This document shows positions 60,701 to 64,000 of a stretch of DNA of 64,000 nucleotides, one piece after another. Within the stretch, counting starts at the first letter, position 1. Each line of letters starts with the position of its first letter. The stretch lies in contig JBNZDD010013718.1 of assembly GCA_050575255.1 (NCBI GenBank), positions 8,486,579 to 8,550,578 of the forward strand. The letters run 5' to 3'. The translations under genes and the position numbers were made by a program. The notes under the pieces are model-generated. The model was not told the origin of the DNA. It was given only the letters and a program-made list of their open reading frames with translations, and did no database searches. This stretch comes from Harriotta raleighana. Lineage: Eukaryota.

Positions 60701-63038
60701 CTGNTTTAGTGTTGAAAGTGGCTGTAGAACGCCCTTGCTTTCAGTGTTAATAAACTCTAACAATCAATCCGCCCTCCACCAGACTCACCTGTTGGAACAG
60801 GCGCTGTCCTGAGAACAGTCTGGAGAGGTATCTGCTCANAAAATTGACTGTATATTTGTGGGTGAAAAATTGACTGTATATTTGTGGAACAGGCGCTGTC
60901 CTGAGAACAGTCTGGAGAGGTATCTGCTCGCACTAGCTTGTCTGCTCTCTGTGTGAGACGAGAGGGACTCCCTGTCGCCGATCTCAATGATCTCCGACTC
61001 CCTGTCCTACCTCTGAGCACCTTCACGGCCCTTTCCTCAGGGCATCTCTGCTGGAGCCTGTGTGAAACACAGCGCCTGACTGCTGGTGAACTCTCTCCGC
61101 TGTGTTTGGTGCTTACACAGGGCTCCGCTCTTTCCTCTTCTCCCCAAAGACCCGGTACTTTCCAATACCTCACTCAAGAGACTATACCCCACGTGTCAAA
61201 CAGAGAGTGTTGCCAACACAGACAAGTGGATCCTCCCACCCCCCTCCACCATTTACGCACATTCGCCTCCGAATTCAGAAGGTTATCGGTTCAAGCCCCA
61301 CATCGGGACTTTGAACCCACAATCCAGGCTGATGCTCCAGTACAGTGCTGGACGAGCAAAGCATCTTCAAGTACTAATAGCGATTGAGAATGGGGAACTC
61401 AAGATTACATTTGGCCCCTTCACTAACCCGAGAGAAGGGGGGTCAGATTAATTGCAGCCACAATTAGTGATCATGTGGCTTTGGTGTATAAGTGAACGCA
61501 GCCTCTGCCTGTGCCCTGGCCGACAATCCTCACTCACTTCAACACCGTTTTATGGACCTCATTTTGAACAAAATAACTGACGACAGTTGCTTAAAAAAAA
61601 CCACAGTAAAAAGTTGCTATACTTGACAAGTAGAGGTGAATAGAACTGAAAGGCGTTACACAATACACCCCCTTCTACCCGGTGCCCGGGAGAAATTTTG
61701 CATCAGTGGGATCTCAGGTCTCCAACTTTCACTCCGCTCACTGCACCAGAATTCCTGACGGACAAGGTGGGAATTGCCTGGAGCGTTCCATACCTGCCGG
61801 GAGAAGGTCGGATTGGGGGCCGGCCTCTCCGTCCTCTGCCCCGGGGGGATTGGGGACCAGTAGCCCTGGGGCTCAGCTTGTTTCCCACGGATATCTCGCC
61901 ATCAGCCTCCACCACACCAGCCAGCGGGTGTCTGCAGGGCGACCCGTAACTTCCAGACTTCCTTGGGCTACAAGCAAAATATGGAGGCCAGTTATAAGAT
62001 TCCTCAATCAGGGGGAAACTGGGCGGTTTGGTTGTCGGCAGCATTATCTCTCGCCTCCGAGTTCAGAGGGGTTGTGGGTTTAGGACCCACATCAGAAGTT
62101 TGAACCCCCACCAACCCCCCACACCACCCCCGGCCCAGTCCAGGCTGAGGCTTCAGTATAGTGCTGGGAGGAGCATAGCTGCATTGTTGGAAATACCATC
62201 CTTCAAACGAACCCGCACCAAAGATTCCAAAGCACAACAAGCAAAAGAGAATAAAGTTACTTTAAGGAAGTCCTGGCCAACAATCCCCCTGGTATAATTG
62301 GTCATTTACATTCAGTTATTTATAAAGCAATAGTGGGGGAGGTGAGGGGGGAGGGGAAGGGTGTCCCTGTACGCAAATTGGCTGTCGGATTCACCTACAC
62401 ATTGCACGATCATTACACTTTCAGAGTGAATCTGTTGCAAGCGCTTTGAGACACCCACCTGATGTGAAAGGAGTGATATCCATCAAATGCGAGGATTTCA
62501 AAAGTATCACCAACACTGGGCAGCATTCCTTTACAAAGAGGCTGATCCAGAGCTTGGTCAGGTTACAGGGTGGGTGAGGGGGAGGGCAATAGAGGCCAGG
62601 ACACTGGACTCATTTTAGCAAATATTCGAGAAGCACGAGATGTAAGGGGTCCTCTGAGCCAGAGACCCAGAGGAGCAGAGGGGTCAGGGCTGCGGCTAAT
62701 GTCTTGGCCTCACCCACCTCAGTTTGGATGTGATTCCTCTGCCCACAGGGACGACGAACTCCCGGGTGTCGGCTCCCCCGGCCCTCCCTCTGACCGCGCC
62801 ACGACCCTGCAGGACAGCCCCGGAGCCCCCGCTGCCGCTGTGCGAGGAGGAGGCCAGGCTCCCTGTGCCGCTGGATGTCCGCAGGAGGCTGGAGGCCTTG
62901 GAGGAGAAGGAACTAATGTCACCCAGATCACCGGAGGTCATGGAGCTGGTGGTGCGCGACGGGGAGATGTCGTTCTCGTACTCCTGGCATTCCACAATTG
63001 GCTCGTCGCTCTCCTATCACAATGGAGACACACACACA

Positions 63039-63072
<34 letters not shown>

Positions 63073-63652
63073 GAGCTGGATCAGACTGGCTCAAGGCCCA
63101 CATTCTCACCACCGCGTCAAGTAGGGTTCAGTCCCCGTCAGGAGTTTGAGATCGTGGCTGGGGCTGACAGTTCAGTGCAGGATTTGGGGGAGTGCGGCAT
63201 TGCCCACACTTTATGTTACCTCTCCCCACAACCCCCTTCACCCCCGGCAAGGCGTCAAGCTCTGCCAGTAAAGCGCTCAGAGATGCTAGTCCTTCAGCAA
63301 CCTCTTACAACGACAAATTATACTTGTAAAACGTACTCCACCCCTGGGAAAGACGTCCCAGGGCGCTGGACAGTCACGGTTTCTTGGACCCGAGCTGGGA
63401 GTTGGGGTCAGGAGCGATGGAGTGCAGGGCTGGTGGTGGAAGGGTGGCTGAAGGCAGGGGCGAAGAACCACACACCCACCCCACCCGTACACAGCTTACC
63501 TCTGTCACCTTACGCTCCACTTCCTTCCCGTCTGTGTAATAGACGTCAGTAATGATGCGGGTCAGCACCGTCCGCACCTCGCGCACTGTCCTCACGTGAC
63601 GGTGTAGATGGCGGCCAGGGCGCAGGGGCAGCAGCTCAAAGTCCTCGTCCTC
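54771..63652 (-). CDS. TP53BP1: TP53-binding protein 1, C-terminal ~753 aa; the 5' part lies beyond the right edge of the window
   Basis: Minus-strand exons: 63652-63500 (oligomerisation domain, [25 protein letters not shown]), 63013-62718, 61967-61794 ([14 protein letters not shown]), 60220-59781 and 59017-58826 (tandem Tudor, [14 protein letters not shown]...FDDGYE), 58488-58315 (UDR and NLS), then 57482-57279, 57011-56917, 56469-56270, 55782-55637 and 54958-54771 (tandem BRCT, stop TAA). All are GT-AG with consistent phases. Confidence 0.97.
58000..58282 (+). mobile_element. SINE of the same family in a TP53BP1 intron
   Basis: cctctgtttaccaagcagt...gggacatcgctgtgcgctggctgc...atgcaaggattattatt. 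Confidence 0.75.
60789..61057 (-). CDS. Candidate additional in-frame TP53BP1 exon (177 nt after removing a 92-nt N-associated duplication)
   Basis: Acceptor tgtgtttcacacag|G at 61057 and donor AG|gtgagt at 60789. It is phase 2-2, matching the flanking exons, and stop-free once the duplicated 45-mer and the N-containing insert are collapsed. Confidence 0.55.
62040..62500 (+). mobile_element. Older DeuSINE-like SINE (second family)
   Basis: Head cgcctccgagttcagaggggttgtgggtt, segment caggctga...cagtatagtgctgggaggag, Deu motif cgcaaattggctg and L2-like tail. Related degraded copies lie at about 1580-1870, 2190-2400 and 61260-61360. Confidence 0.65.
63028..63072 (+). repeat. (CA)n microsatellite
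   Basis: About 22 CA units with one interruption. Other microsatellites: (TG)n at 26385-26405 and (TA)n at 27137-27177. Confidence 0.9.
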
Positions 63653-63730
63653 CTGAGAGCAGCGTGAACAACCACCAGAGTGAGAGGAGAACAAGGGAGG
63701 AAAGGCACTGCTGCGGTTGTGTGGTTTGCA

Positions 63731-63992
63731 GTGTGTCTGTGTGGTTTGGGGTGTGTCTGTGTGTTTGGGGTGTGTCTGTGTTGTTTGGGGTGTGTCTGTG
63801 TGTTTGGGGTGTGTCTGTGTGTTTGGGGTGTGTCTGTGTGTTTGGGGTGTGTCTGTGTGTTTGGGGTGTGTCTGTGGTGTTTGGGGTGTGTCTGTGTTGT
63901 TTGGGGTGTGTCTGTGTGTTTGGGGTGTGTGTGTGTTTGAGGTGTGTCTGTGTGTTTGGGGTGTGTCTGTGTGTTTGGGGTGTGTCTGGTGT
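63731..63992 (+). repeat. 19-bp minisatellite, about 13-14 copies, in a TP53BP1 intron
   Basis: Unit GGGGTGTGTCTGTGTGTTT with small variants. Confidence 0.9.
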
Positions 63993-64000
63993 GTATTAGG

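Noticed and set aside
63664-63999. Cys/Val/Gly-rich ORFs and a regular repeat that might suggest an array
   Set aside because: Head-to-tail 19-bp minisatellite without unique spacers; not CRISPR and not coding.

Overview
Vertebrate nuclear DNA, most likely a cartilaginous fish and probably a chimaera; this is inferred from the DeuSINE/L2/CR1 repeat content and the protein divergence. The first ~26.8 kb is AT-rich, repeat-laden intergenic DNA with no gene I can support. Four genes follow. (1) A 3-exon CART prepropeptide gene (+, 26949-30444, 111 aa) with an RE1/NRSE silencer lying over its start codon. (2) An intronless calicin (CCIN; +, 33929-35716, 595 aa). (3) A complete 18-exon TUBGCP4 (+, 36570-52864, 667 aa) with a CpG-island promoter carrying YY1 and ZNF143 motifs. 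(4) The 3' part of TP53BP1 (-, 11 exons, 63652-54771), convergent with TUBGCP4. The most notable observations are calicin outside mammals in a non-mammalian neighbourhood, a probable CART paralogue lost in mammals, a candidate extra in-frame TP53BP1 exon hidden by an assembly artefact, inverted SINEs bracketing TUBGCP4 exons 7-8, a ~1 kb composite retroposon, and a locally templated insertion. Single-N joins flanked by duplications show the assembly is locally imperfect. All homology statements come from my recollection of the human proteins, not from database searches.
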